This document shows, one piece after another, positions 10,280-19,774 of a DNA stretch of 63,166 nt (positions are counted from its first letter, which is position 1; each line of letters starts with the position of its first letter). The translations under genes and the position numbers were made by a program. The stretch is taken from the IMG/VR virus record IMGVR_UViG_3300025011_000042, positions 1 to 63,166 of that record; one strand, written 5' to 3'. Source of the DNA: a virus (lineage: Duplodnaviria; Caudoviricetes). The notes under the pieces are model-generated. The model did no database searches, was not told the origin of the DNA, and worked only from the letters and a program-made list of their open reading frames with translations.

Positions 10280-10305
10280 GATACTAATTATAAGGAGTGG
10301 TAAGC

Positions 10306-10638
10306 GTGAGCCACGCTGCGGACGTAAAGGAAAGTTGCTTTCCTGTTTTGTTAGATAAAGAGCGTACTCTAAAGTACGACTTAAATTCTTTTATTGAGCT
10401 TGAAGAATTGTATGGTTCAATTGAAGGAGCTCTTAAAGAAATGGAAAAGGGCACCGGTCAAATGAAAGCTGTAAGAGCCGTATCATGGGCTGGACTGTTG
10501 CATGAGGACCCGAGTTTAACAGTAAAAAGTGTTGGCGCTATGCTAAATTTACGTAACTTAGATGCAGTTTCACAAACACTTTTAGCTGCAATCGAAGCAG
10601 CTCTTCCGAAAGGTACTGATACGAAAAACCCTTTGTAG
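10306..10638 (+). CDS. Tail assembly chaperone (gpG-like)
   Basis: LDKERTLKYDLNSFIELEELYGS; lies between major tail and tape measure genes. Confidence 0.85.
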   Translation: MSHAADVKESCFPVLLDKERTLKYDLNSFIELEELYGSIEGALKEMEKGTGQMKAVRAVSWAGLLHEDPSLTVKSVGAMLNLRNLDAVSQTLLAAIEAALPKGTDTKNPL

Positions 10639-10847
10639 TTGATAAAGCTACCAAAATAGACGACGATGGATGGGACTGGCGCTGGCTATACTATGCTGGC
10701 ACAGTCCTTCTTCGAATGTCTGCTAGTGAATTTTGGCGATGTACTCCCCGTCGCCTCAAGGCTCTTATCAACGTACATATTGAAGTAAACGGCAAGGGAG
10801 ATACAACCGACGCACCTAGAACTGGTTACATAGATCAAGTTCTTTAG
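10629..10847 (+). CDS. -1 frameshift extension of the tail chaperone (gpGT-like)
   Basis: Slippery heptamer C CCT TTG at 10629-10635 just before the stop; -1 frame reads ...GWDWRWLYYAGTVLLRMSASEFWRCTPRRL... to TAG 10847. Confidence 0.85.
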   Translation, partial: PFVVDKATKIDDDGWDWRWLYYAGTVLLRMSASEFWRCTPRRLKALINVHIEVNGKGDTTDAPRTGYIDQVL

Positions 10848-10860
10848 GAAGTGATATAAA

Positions 10861-13800
10861 ATGAACATAGGAAACTTGATAGTAAACTTATCATTAGCCA
10901 CGACAAGCTTTAACGCGTCTATAAGACAAGTTAGAACGCAAATCAGTGCGCTGGGTACACAATTTCAAAGGTCTTTAGGTACCCAAACGCAAAATGCACT
11001 TAACAATACTCAAAACCAACTTAACAGACTTACATGGACTACACGCGGGTATCTTAAAGATGTCAGTAGAATTGCCACAGGTATCTTAATATCTCAAGCT
11101 TTTTACAAAGTATTGCGGACAGTAAATGAAAGTGTAGATAGCTTAGCAGAATTCAACAGTGAATTACAACGGGCTGAAATAGGTTTTAAAATTTTACTGG
11201 GTTCTGCTAATGATGCAAAAGGGTTTATTTCAGCGTTAGAAGACTTCACTGCAACTTCTCCATTAATGTTTGAACAAAGCTCTAGAATATCGTCACTTCT
11301 TGGTGCAATGGGTTTTCAAGGTAAACAGTTAATACCTATATTACGTACTATAACAGACGCTGCTTCTGTGAGAGGCGGTGGTGTAGAAGTTATTGAAGGT
11401 ATAGCACTTGCTTTAGGGCAGATGCGTACTAAAGGTAAAGTTGCTACACAAGAACTTAACCAATTAGCAGAGCGCGGAATACCGGCATTCGAGATATTAC
11501 GTGAAGAACTAGGTCTTACAAAAAAAGACATGCAAAATATGGGTAGGGCAGGCATTCCAGCAGGTAAAGCTATCGCAGCGTTACTCACTGGCATGGACAA
11601 GCGCTTCCACGGCGCTGCTCAGCAGCTCAACAGAACTACAATGGGTTTGTGGAGTAACATAAAAGATGCCTTGTTATTTGTAGGTAACGATGTATTCACG
11701 CCAATGTTTGAAAAGCTAAGAAGCTCCCTAGAAGTAGTTTCAGATAAGTTACAGGAAATGAGACGTATAGTAAAAGAATCTGGGTTGGGTTCATTGTTCA
11801 AGCATATAGTTCCTGTTAACTTACAAACATCTATTATGCTAGTTGTAGGTGCTATTAAGAGTCTTTGGAGCAGTGTACGCATGCTATGGCAAGCATTTAA
11901 ACCGGTCTTCAGTGATATGGCTGAGTTAGGCTTACGCTTAGCCAGTATATTTCTGCCAGTATTAGCTGGCGTAGTACGCGCTATATCATTACTTGTTAAA
12001 TGGTCATTACAAGCTGGTTCGCCTATACGTTACTTAGTTATAGCTATAACTGGTTTACTTATAGCTGGTACTGCCGCTAAAGCAACTCTATGGTTAGCGT
12101 CTGGTCTTAGATTTTTATTTATTGCTGGACCTGTTACCAAACTTGTAGCTCTTTTAGTAAGGGCTTTAGCGGCACTTAACGTAGTAATGATACGCAATCC
12201 TATTGTAGCCGTAGTTATTATGCTAGCAGTAGCGCTAGTAGCATTGGCAGTAAGTTCTCAGACTGCCGCGGCATGGCTTGATAACTTAATGCGTAAGTTG
12301 TCTGCGCTACTTGGTTATGATATCGGTAAAATACTTAGTCCTGACACATCTGATGATGCGTCTAAGTGGGCAGATGAGTATACTGCTGGTTTACAAGAAG
12401 TTATAGATGGCTTGAATGATACTGATGAAGCGGCTGAAGAAGCTAAAAAATCAATAATGTCTTTTGATGAAGTATATCAATTATCTGATGAAGAAGATAA
12501 CGATATACCTCCTTTAGACATTCCTGATATTCCAGATATGCCTACAATACCACCTGTAGATGGTGTAGGCCCTTTAGAACCGGGTAGTGATGGAACTCTT
12601 CCACAATTTGAGTGGCCAGAAATACCTCCTTTTCCGCCGTGGCCACCTATACCTCCTATTCCGCCGATACCACCTATTCCGGTTCCTGTTATACCACCGA
12701 TACCTATTCCTATAGTTGCACCGGTGCCAGTGCCTGTTCCGTCTTGGGTGTTTTCTTTTGCTGAAGCTTTTGAAGCAGCTTTTGCTCCTGTTATTGAAGT
12801 AGTACACGCGTTTCAGTATGCATGGCAAAATGCTACTGAACTAGTGACTTCCGCTGTGAATTCTTTAGAGTTAGCTTGGTATTCCGTTGTACAGACTGCA
12901 AAGGCTTTTGTACAACCTGCAGTTGAACTGGCAAATTCATTCTCAGTAGCGTGGGATACAGCTGTTAATTACGTATCTGAAGCTGTAGTAAGCTTTCAAC
13001 AAGTGTGGGATTCAACTTGGGCCGGCGTTGTAGCGGCAGTAAGTCCTATTGTAGAAGCTGCAAGATTGTTTAAGGATGCTTGGAATACTAGTACAGATAA
13101 AATAAAAGAAGTAATGAAAGACTTTGGGGACTGGGCTTCTGATGTTATGGGACAACTAGGTGATATGATGAAGAAGCCACTAAGCCAAGCTTTCGCTGTA
13201 ATAGAAGATTTTTGGGAAAATCACAAGACGGCTGTACTAGTCACTGTAGGCGTATTATTTGCAGGTATAGCAGCTTGGTGGCTCGGTTTACCTGTTATAG
13301 CTCTAGAAGTTTTAGTAGTTATACTGTCTAAGCTTACAGGGTTTTTTCCTAGAATTGCAACTACAATGGTAAGTCTAGTAACAGCTATGTTTAGTAGCGT
13401 AGGTATTGCAGCGGCCAACGAAGTGGAGGCTACTAAAGCTAAGGTAGTATCAGGTTGGCAAAATATTACTAGTGCTATAGGAGACGTAATTAGTGGTATA
13501 TGGACTTCTATTAAAGAGAATGTTCGAAGTTCTGTAAATAATATGATTGATATTATGAATTCCTTTATAAGCTACCTTAACGGATTAACTATACGCGTAC
13601 CATCCGTAAACATCCCACTTGTAGGTGAAGTTGGAGGCTTTAGTGTAGGTATGCCACAGATTGCAAAGATTCCACATTTAGCCGCAGGAGGAATTGTAAG
13701 TAAAGACCAAATAGTACGGGTAGCTGAGAATAATCGCCCAGAAGGTGTTGTACCATTGTCAGGTAGCGCAGCAGAACCATTTGTGTCTATGATTGTAGAT

Positions 13801-13965
13801 TCTGTTTTAGCAGCTCTGCCACAACAATCTAACGGCAGCACTTCGGAGCTGCCTCCTATGTACGTAGGTACTCTTATTGCTGATGATCGAAGCTTAAAAG
13901 AGCTATCGCGCCGTATGCAAGTTATAGCTATAGCAGAGACTCAACGGAGAGGAGGTATCGGATAG
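10861..13965 (+). CDS. Tape measure protein
   Basis: 1034 aa; ALGQMRTKGKVATQELNQLAERGIP; Trp-periodic repeats; IPHLAAGGIV near C-terminus. Confidence 0.95.
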   Translation: MNIGNLIVNLSLATTSFNASIRQVRTQISALGTQFQRSLGTQTQNALNNTQNQLNRLTWTTRGYLKDVSRIATGILISQAFYKVLRTVNESVDSLAEFNSELQRAEIGFKILLGSANDAKGFISALEDFTATSPLMFEQSSRISSLLGAMGFQGKQLIPILRTITDAASVRGGGVEVIEGIALALGQMRTKGKVATQELNQLAERGIPAFEILREELGLTKKDMQNMGRAGIPAGKAIAALLTGMDKRFHGAAQQLNRTTMGLWSNIKDALLFVGNDVFTPMFEKLRSSLEVVSDKLQEMRRIVKESGLGSLFKHIVPVNLQTSIMLVVGAIKSLWSSVRMLWQAFKPVFSDMAELGLRLASIFLPVLAGVVRAISLLVKWSLQAGSPIRYLVIAITGLLIAGTAAKATLWLASGLRFLFIAGPVTKLVALLVRALAALNVVMIRNPIVAVVIMLAVALVALAVSSQTAAAWLDNLMRKLSALLGYDIGKILSPDTSDDASKWADEYTAGLQEVIDGLNDTDEAAEEAKKSIMSFDEVYQLSDEEDNDIPPLDIPDIPDMPTIPPVDGVGPLEPGSDGTLPQFEWPEIPPFPPWPPIPPIPPIPPIPVPVIPPIPIPIVAPVPVPVPSWVFSFAEAFEAAFAPVIEVVHAFQYAWQNATELVTSAVNSLELAWYSVVQTAKAFVQPAVELANSFSVAWDTAVNYVSEAVVSFQQVWDSTWAGVVAAVSPIVEAARLFKDAWNTSTDKIKEVMKDFGDWASDVMGQLGDMMKKPLSQAFAVIEDFWENHKTAVLVTVGVLFAGIAAWWLGLPVIALEVLVVILSKLTGFFPRIATTMVSLVTAMFSSVGIAAANEVEATKAKVVSGWQNITSAIGDVISGIWTSIKENVRSSVNNMIDIMNSFISYLNGLTIRVPSVNIPLVGEVGGFSVGMPQIAKIPHLAAGGIVSKDQIVRVAENNRPEGVVPLSGSAAEPFVSMIVDSVLAALPQQSNGSTSELPPMYVGTLIADDRSLKELSRRMQVIAIAETQRRGGIG

Positions 13966-14315
13966 TGGGAATCGCTCCTAAAATTAACGGTACCTCTATT
14001 AAGGAGCCTACCGACTTTGATGTAGAGAAGTATAAGCTATCTAAGTCTGGTCGAGTAGCTTCTGGTAAGATGACTATGGAAATTATAGCTAAGAAGAAGA
14101 AATTCAACTTTAGTTACGCAGTTTTATCTGGTACCGAACTAGAGACCATTACAGATATCTTGGACAGTAATACCGCTTTCTATAACTTCTCGTTTGTCGA
14201 AAATGGAGATACCAAAACTTACACTATATACCCTGGTGCTATAAAGTTTAAAAAGTTCCGTACGGATGGAGTATGGTACTGGAAAGATGTACAATTCAGT
14301 TTAATTGAACAATAG
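13965..14315 (+). CDS. Distal tail/baseplate protein
   Basis: Follows tape measure; SGRVASGKM...WKDVQFSLIEQ. Confidence 0.75.
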   Translation: MGIAPKINGTSIKEPTDFDVEKYKLSKSGRVASGKMTMEIIAKKKKFNFSYAVLSGTELETITDILDSNTAFYNFSFVENGDTKTYTIYPGAIKFKKFRTDGVWYWKDVQFSLIEQ

Positions 14316-14327
14316 TGGGGTGATTAG

Positions 14328-15689
14328 TTGATAATAGTCAGTGAAGCTTATAAAGACTCTATAAAAGCGGATACTAGACATATAATAGCACGTGTTGATG
14401 TATACTTCGATGGTCCAGATCAATTACTCACTATATTCAATGAGATAGTTTCGTTAAGTCTTCTTGAGGAACTTAAAGCGGATAGTGCAAGTCCGTTAGG
14501 TTTAGTAAGTTCAAATGAACTTACTATAGGTTTCGACAATAGCGCTAGAGACTTTACACCAACCAACTCTGAAGGTATTTATTATGGTATGCTTAAGCCT
14601 AACATTTTAATTAAACCGTATCTTGGTTTAGAACTACCTGATAGTAGTATTGAGTATATTCCTATCGGCGTATTTAGGTCCGGTGATTGGAACAGTCCAA
14701 GTAGTTCTTTGGAATCATCTGTAACAGCGTACGACAAGCTGTACGAGATAGGCGATTTAGATGTCCCTATGATAGCCGTTGCATCCGATACCACAATAGG
14801 ACAGTTATTCGAGATGTTGTTTTCCGCTCTTGGAATGGCTACAGATGAGTATACTATAGACGCTACATTGACGCAGGTAGTACTGCTAGGCTATATTCCT
14901 AAAGGTAAAGTCAAAGCAGCGCTGCAGTACCTCAGCACCGCAGGTTGCTGTAGTGTGTATGCTGACAGATATGGTATTATACAGGTCAAAAGTAATTTCA
15001 TTAGCGGTAGTTCAGTTACTACTTGGACCGATGACGACCAAATTATCAATGCAGAAAACCCTCAGAAGTATTTAGACGCATACTCAGTTATAAGGTTAAA
15101 CTACAAACTTCCTGTTAAAAAATCTTTGACTACTATTCTCAGCATTACTGACTATAGCATACCTACTGGAGGTATTGCAGTAACTGCCGCGGAATTTTCA
15201 ATTGGACCTGTTTTTTATGTGGAACAGGTAAATTTACTTGGTGCTATTAACGCGCAAGTAACCAATATCAATTATGGAGCATGGTCTATAACAGTTGAAA
15301 TAGCTAACATAGGTGATGCTGAGGTAGTAACTATTGAAGTGATTGGACGTACTGTAGAATTTACAGGATTTAACTACTCTATAGAAGATACTAGTGCAGT
15401 TACCTTATTTGGACGAAGAGAACTACCGATCGATAATAACCTTATCCAATCTTTAAGTGTAGCTACATCTTACGCGCAATCATTATTAACGTACGTTGTA
15501 GATCCATTAGTAAATTTTGACGTCGAATTAAGAGGTGACCCTGCCGTAGAAGTACACGATATTGTTAAAATAGAGGACACAGTCGATAAGATAGGCACTA
15601 TTGATATAGTCGTCACCAGAACCGAGCTAAATTTTGATAGTGGCCTCAGTGCAAAAGTTAAAGCTAGAAAGCCGATAGCGGGGGTGTAG
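14328..15689 (+). CDS. Baseplate hub/tail tip protein
   Basis: Gene position; IGVF...TAYD...LRGDPAVEVHD. Confidence 0.75.
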   Translation: MIIVSEAYKDSIKADTRHIIARVDVYFDGPDQLLTIFNEIVSLSLLEELKADSASPLGLVSSNELTIGFDNSARDFTPTNSEGIYYGMLKPNILIKPYLGLELPDSSIEYIPIGVFRSGDWNSPSSSLESSVTAYDKLYEIGDLDVPMIAVASDTTIGQLFEMLFSALGMATDEYTIDATLTQVVLLGYIPKGKVKAALQYLSTAGCCSVYADRYGIIQVKSNFISGSSVTTWTDDDQIINAENPQKYLDAYSVIRLNYKLPVKKSLTTILSITDYSIPTGGIAVTAAEFSIGPVFYVEQVNLLGAINAQVTNINYGAWSITVEIANIGDAEVVTIEVIGRTVEFTGFNYSIEDTSAVTLFGRRELPIDNNLIQSLSVATSYAQSLLTYVVDPLVNFDVELRGDPAVEVHDIVKIEDTVDKIGTIDIVVTRTELNFDSGLSAKVKARKPIAGV

Positions 15690-15690
15690 T

Positions 15691-16047
15691 ATGGCTGACG
15701 AATTATACGGTAAGAATCAACTTACAAACCCAGGTGCGGAAACCGGTAATATGACCGGTTGGACGATTGAAGGAATACTTAATGATATAGGCGTTGCTGC
15801 TGGAGGTAATGGTGCTGAGAGTACCTATTGCTTTGCTATAGATAGTACTGGCGTTAATATGTCACAAACGAAAAGCTATTTCACGACACCATCGGATTTT
15901 AAAATAGAGGCTGATTTCTTACCTGCTACAGATAATGATGATGGGGCGTATCAAACAGAAGGTATAGTGGCATTAATATTTGCGTACGGCGATGGAACTA
16001 GTGACAAGATAGTGTTCCCTCTACGTGACGATTCGGAGGGTTCTTAA
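15691..16047 (+). CDS. Minor tail protein with carbohydrate-binding-like N-terminus
   Basis: NQLTNPGAETGNMTGW. Confidence 0.6.
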   Translation: MADELYGKNQLTNPGAETGNMTGWTIEGILNDIGVAAGGNGAESTYCFAIDSTGVNMSQTKSYFTTPSDFKIEADFLPATDNDDGAYQTEGIVALIFAYGDGTSDKIVFPLRDDSEGS

Positions 16048-16595
16048 TGGCAATATCTTGGGTAGCTGGAGAACTTAATGAATTACCGGTAAAATGGTTA
16101 ACAGTTAAAGGTACCGCAAAAGTAAATCAAGAGAAAGAGTTTCTGACCGCTAAGTTTTTAATTAAACTAATACAGTCTAATGGTATGGATGCATACTTCG
16201 ATAATTTCGCATTAACCAAAAACCTGCTCAATGACAAAACCCTTGGGAACTCTATTATCTACCTGCCATTACTAGCTGGAACAACCGAATACCCGGTTTT
16301 TGGAGCCCTGGCTGACTGTCATATTGTGGCAGCACATATCGTTCCAAAAGCCGACATAACTGGTACTGACGAAAGCCCGATGCAACTACTGCTTAGGAAT
16401 GTTGACACTAACGAGGTTATCTGTACAAAAACTTTCATACTTGGGAATAATGCCACAGCTAACCAAGTAACCAGCTTTGGCCCTGTGAACGACACAAATA
16501 AAGAGCTTTATCCGGGTAACGGTGTTACTTTTGAGCAATCAGGAGGCTGTAGTATACCGGATATATTATTAATAATAGAATGGAATCTATCTTAG
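16047..16595 (+). CDS. Minor tail protein
   Basis: Coupled ORF within the tail module. Confidence 0.6.
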   Translation: MAISWVAGELNELPVKWLTVKGTAKVNQEKEFLTAKFLIKLIQSNGMDAYFDNFALTKNLLNDKTLGNSIIYLPLLAGTTEYPVFGALADCHIVAAHIVPKADITGTDESPMQLLLRNVDTNEVICTKTFILGNNATANQVTSFGPVNDTNKELYPGNGVTFEQSGGCSIPDILLIIEWNLS

Positions 16596-16608
16596 GAGTT
16601 GATGGCTT

Positions 16609-18081
16609 ACGGCTACTGTAACGTTTGCGGGGCATGTAACGGATAAGCGTACAGGAGCGCCGCTTGCTGGTGTAATTGTAAACATTTCTGGAAATTACAA
16701 CAATGCTAGTGTGTATTTTAATACAGAAGTTACTACAGATAGTAATGGGTTTTATACTCATACTCAAGATATGCCAAGTTACACGAATGGATTAACGCTA
16801 AACTCAGTGTGGTTCAAGGGATCTAACTTAGTCTTAGCAAACTTCTATCCACTAACAGGCAGTGCCTACGTACCTCCAAGCTACACATACATCCTTGATG
16901 TAGAACTAATTAGCAATGTAGCTGTTACAGGTATAGTAACAGATAGCATTTCCGGTGCTCCTCTACCGAATGTGAATATAGATGTCGTTATCGGAGCCTA
17001 CAATTCCAGTAATGTAAAAGTTCAGGAAATAACCGTAACTACAATCACAGATGTTAATGGGGTTTACGCCGGAATTTTACCTGTTACTGACTTTTTCACC
17101 ATACCGTTGTCAACAAGTACAACTTATCTAAAAGTAATATCTTTAAGATTCTATTCGAGCTTCACGCAGGAATATTTGCTGCCCCTCACTGATATGTTGG
17201 TATCTTTCACCTATAGTTCTGTGTGGGTAGAATATCGTTATTCGGGTTTTTATAGTAACGTCTCTCGAAACGTCTCATTAGTGTCCATGACTCACACCCT
17301 TACTATGGATGTTTGCGGAGTTGGTACAACGACTCCTGCTGTAGGCACTCATCAGTACATAGAAGGACAAGTTATAAATATTTTAGCTGTGCCAGGCTAT
17401 GGTTACGCTTTTGATTCTTGGGATGGTAATGTAGCTCAACCTAATAGCGCAAGTACTACGGTAACTATTGGTAGTGCTGATATAACAATTACTGCAGTAT
17501 TTGTGCTTGTCTGTAGCTTAACTATACAAATCAGTGGTAACGGTACGACTACGCCTAATAGTGGAATTTACAGTTACGGTATTGGCCAACTAATAAACTT
17601 ATTAGCACTTCCAGACGAAGGTTGGAAATTTCTACAGTGGCAAGGTGCTGTAGAAGATCCAAATAGTTCGACCACGACCATATTTATGAATGCGGATAGA
17701 GTAGTAACAGCAGTTTTTCAGCTATCTCCAAGTCCACCACAATTATTAACAACTGAAATGCGTAGCGCAAACCCGCTGATTAAGTTTCTTATTGTAAAAG
17801 TAGCTAATGTACCTTACACAGGTCCAAAGTTACACTACCGGGTAGAGGTTTTTGCGGACAGCGAAATGACCGAGTTGCTTGATGACAGGACCAGCAATAT
17901 TGTAGATAGTAGTCACCCGGCATTCCAATACAGTTTCAATGGGTTTACGTGGTTTGATATTGCGCCGACAGGAATTGACCCTACCCAGTACGGAAATTTT
18001 GATATGTATATCCGGGCCATGGTGCATGTAGGCCCGCGGCTACATGCTTATATAAGATGCAGCGTTGGTACAGATAATTAG
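16609..18081 (+). CDS. Tail adhesin with carboxypeptidase-regulatory-like and InlB-B-like repeats; probable ACG start
   Basis: GHVTDKRTGAPLAGV and GIVTDSISGAPLPNV; two GxGTTTP...GY/WxFxxWxG repeats; C-terminus shared with next gene. Confidence 0.7.
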   Translation, partial: TATVTFAGHVTDKRTGAPLAGVIVNISGNYNNASVYFNTEVTTDSNGFYTHTQDMPSYTNGLTLNSVWFKGSNLVLANFYPLTGSAYVPPSYTYILDVELISNVAVTGIVTDSISGAPLPNVNIDVVIGAYNSSNVKVQEITVTTITDVNGVYAGILPVTDFFTIPLSTSTTYLKVISLRFYSSFTQEYLLPLTDMLVSFTYSSVWVEYRYSGFYSNVSRNVSLVSMTHTLTMDVCGVGTTTPAVGTHQYIEGQVINILAVPGYGYAFDSWDGNVAQPNSASTTVTIGSADITITAVFVLVCSLTIQISGNGTTTPNSGIYSYGIGQLINLLALPDEGWKFLQWQGAVEDPNSSTTTIFMNADRVVTAVFQLSPSPPQLLTTEMRSANPLIKFLIVKVANVPYTGPKLHYRVEVFADSEMTELLDDRTSNIVDSSHPAFQYSFNGFTWFDIAPTGIDPTQYGNFDMYIRAMVHVGPRLHAYIRCSVGTDN

Positions 18082-18100
18082 GTAGAGAGTTGGTGACGTT

Positions 18101-19321
18101 TTGGCGGGAGGTAATTTCGGCGGTGGTACTGGTATGGAACTAGACCCGTACCTAGTAGAGGATGCAGATGACTTAAACGCGGTAAGGAATGACCTGGCTG
18201 CTTCTTATAAACAAACTGCAGATATAGATCTATCAGGGTATGCTAACTGGGAACCTATAGGAAATATAAGCGACTTGGATTACGATCCATGGGTTATATT
18301 CGCGCCATTTACAGGTAGCTACGATGGTAGCGGTTACACTGTTAACAACTTACAAAGAGTAGACCCTAGAGAACCTACAAGTACTGTTTTCGATGAGTGT
18401 AGTGGTCTGTTCGGATTTTACAATGGAGCTACTTTTTCAAACATAGGTATTTTAAATGCAGATGTAACCGCTTATACTAATGGTGGAACCCTTGCAGGGG
18501 GCGGTCCCGGTGGAATATTTAACAAATGTTATGCAACAGGAACTGTTAATGACAAGGATTTAAGTGGAAATTATTTCTTTGGTGGACTAGTAGGAAGTCC
18601 ATCCGGCGGCGAATTCAATAATTGTTACGCTATCGTTAATGTAAAGGGTGCGCGTGTCGGTGGGTTAGTAGGGTTCTGGAGAAATACTGATTTTACTAAT
18701 TGTTTTTCGGCTGGTTCTGTTACTCAAACTGGCGACTACCCAGCATATAAAGGCGGTTTGATAGGTGAAGTAGATACCGTAGGCACGCTAACAGCTTGCT
18801 ATTACGACTCAGAAACATCTGGTCAAAACGATACAGGTAAAGGTATACCTAAAACTACCACACAAATGCGACAACAGGCAACATTTAGTGGATGGGACTT
18901 TACTGACACATGGAATATAGACGAAGGAATCTCATATCCATATTTAATATTTGCACCGGATATAGCTTTAACATCTCCAGTACTGTTAGTGACAGATATT
19001 AGAAGTGCAAATCCTACAATTAAATTTAAGATCAATAAACAGGAAAACATACCTTACCTTGGTCCAAAGCTGCATTGCCGTGTTGAAGCGTTTGCAGATG
19101 AAGCGATGACTGTCTTGTTAGATGATAGGATAAGCAATATTGTAGATAGTGCGCACCCAGTATTCGAGTATAGCTTTAATGACGCTATGTGGTTCGATGT
19201 AGCACCTACTGGGATAGATCCCACACAGTATGGTAACTTTGATATGTACGTACGGGCTATAGCATACGTAGGGCCAAGACAGCAAGCTTATATCAGGTGT
19301 AGTATAGGTATAGATAGTTAA
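18101..19321 (+). CDS. Tail adhesin with GLUG-type beta-helix
   Basis: FGGGTG...DPYLV...DLNAVRNDL...YKQTADIDL; repeated GGLVG; WDFTDTW. Confidence 0.75.
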   Translation: MAGGNFGGGTGMELDPYLVEDADDLNAVRNDLAASYKQTADIDLSGYANWEPIGNISDLDYDPWVIFAPFTGSYDGSGYTVNNLQRVDPREPTSTVFDECSGLFGFYNGATFSNIGILNADVTAYTNGGTLAGGGPGGIFNKCYATGTVNDKDLSGNYFFGGLVGSPSGGEFNNCYAIVNVKGARVGGLVGFWRNTDFTNCFSAGSVTQTGDYPAYKGGLIGEVDTVGTLTACYYDSETSGQNDTGKGIPKTTTQMRQQATFSGWDFTDTWNIDEGISYPYLIFAPDIALTSPVLLVTDIRSANPTIKFKINKQENIPYLGPKLHCRVEAFADEAMTVLLDDRISNIVDSAHPVFEYSFNDAMWFDVAPTGIDPTQYGNFDMYVRAIAYVGPRQQAYIRCSIGIDS

Positions 19322-19348
19322 TTACTCTGTTACCGAGGGGTGAGGTGA

Positions 19349-19549
19349 ATGGAAGCTGAAGCACTTAAGTTAGCGTCGAGTCAGGGATTTTTTGCATTTT
19401 TATTTGTCTGTCTACTGTTCTATGTGCTAAAAGAAAATGCAAAACGCGAGGCGCAGTATCAAAGCACTATTAATACGCTCGCTAAAAAACTTGATATTGT
19501 AGATGATATCAAGAAAGATGTAACAGAAATAAAATCTCATGTAGTGTAG
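19349..19549 (+). CDS. BhlA/UviB-family holin-like protein
   Basis: SQGFFAFLFVCLLFYVLKENAKREAQYQ. Confidence 0.85.
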   Translation: MEAEALKLASSQGFFAFLFVCLLFYVLKENAKREAQYQSTINTLAKKLDIVDDIKKDVTEIKSHVV

Positions 19550-19562
19550 GAGGTGAATACAA

Positions 19563-19751
19563 ATGTGGAACTTTAAAGGTAAACTTAAAAGCGCTTCTTT
19601 CTGGGTAGCTTTAATAGGAGCAGCTAAACTAGCTACTGATGCATTAGGCTTTGCAGTTATCTCAGACGCTCAGGTCAATACGATAGCTAACGGTATCGCC
19701 GCTATCGTTACTTGTCTTGGCGTTGTTTACGATCACGGTGCTACCTCTTAA
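19563..19751 (+). CDS. Holin with two transmembrane segments
   Basis: KLKSASFWVAL...; two hydrophobic segments. Confidence 0.75.
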   Translation: MWNFKGKLKSASFWVALIGAAKLATDALGFAVISDAQVNTIANGIAAIVTCLGVVYDHGATS

Positions 19752-19774
19752 TATGAGGTGGGAGGAGGAACAAA

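Noticed and set aside
17730-19321. Diversity-generating retroelement template/variable repeat pair
   Set aside because: No reverse transcriptase; both copies are coding and the differences are not adenine-specific.
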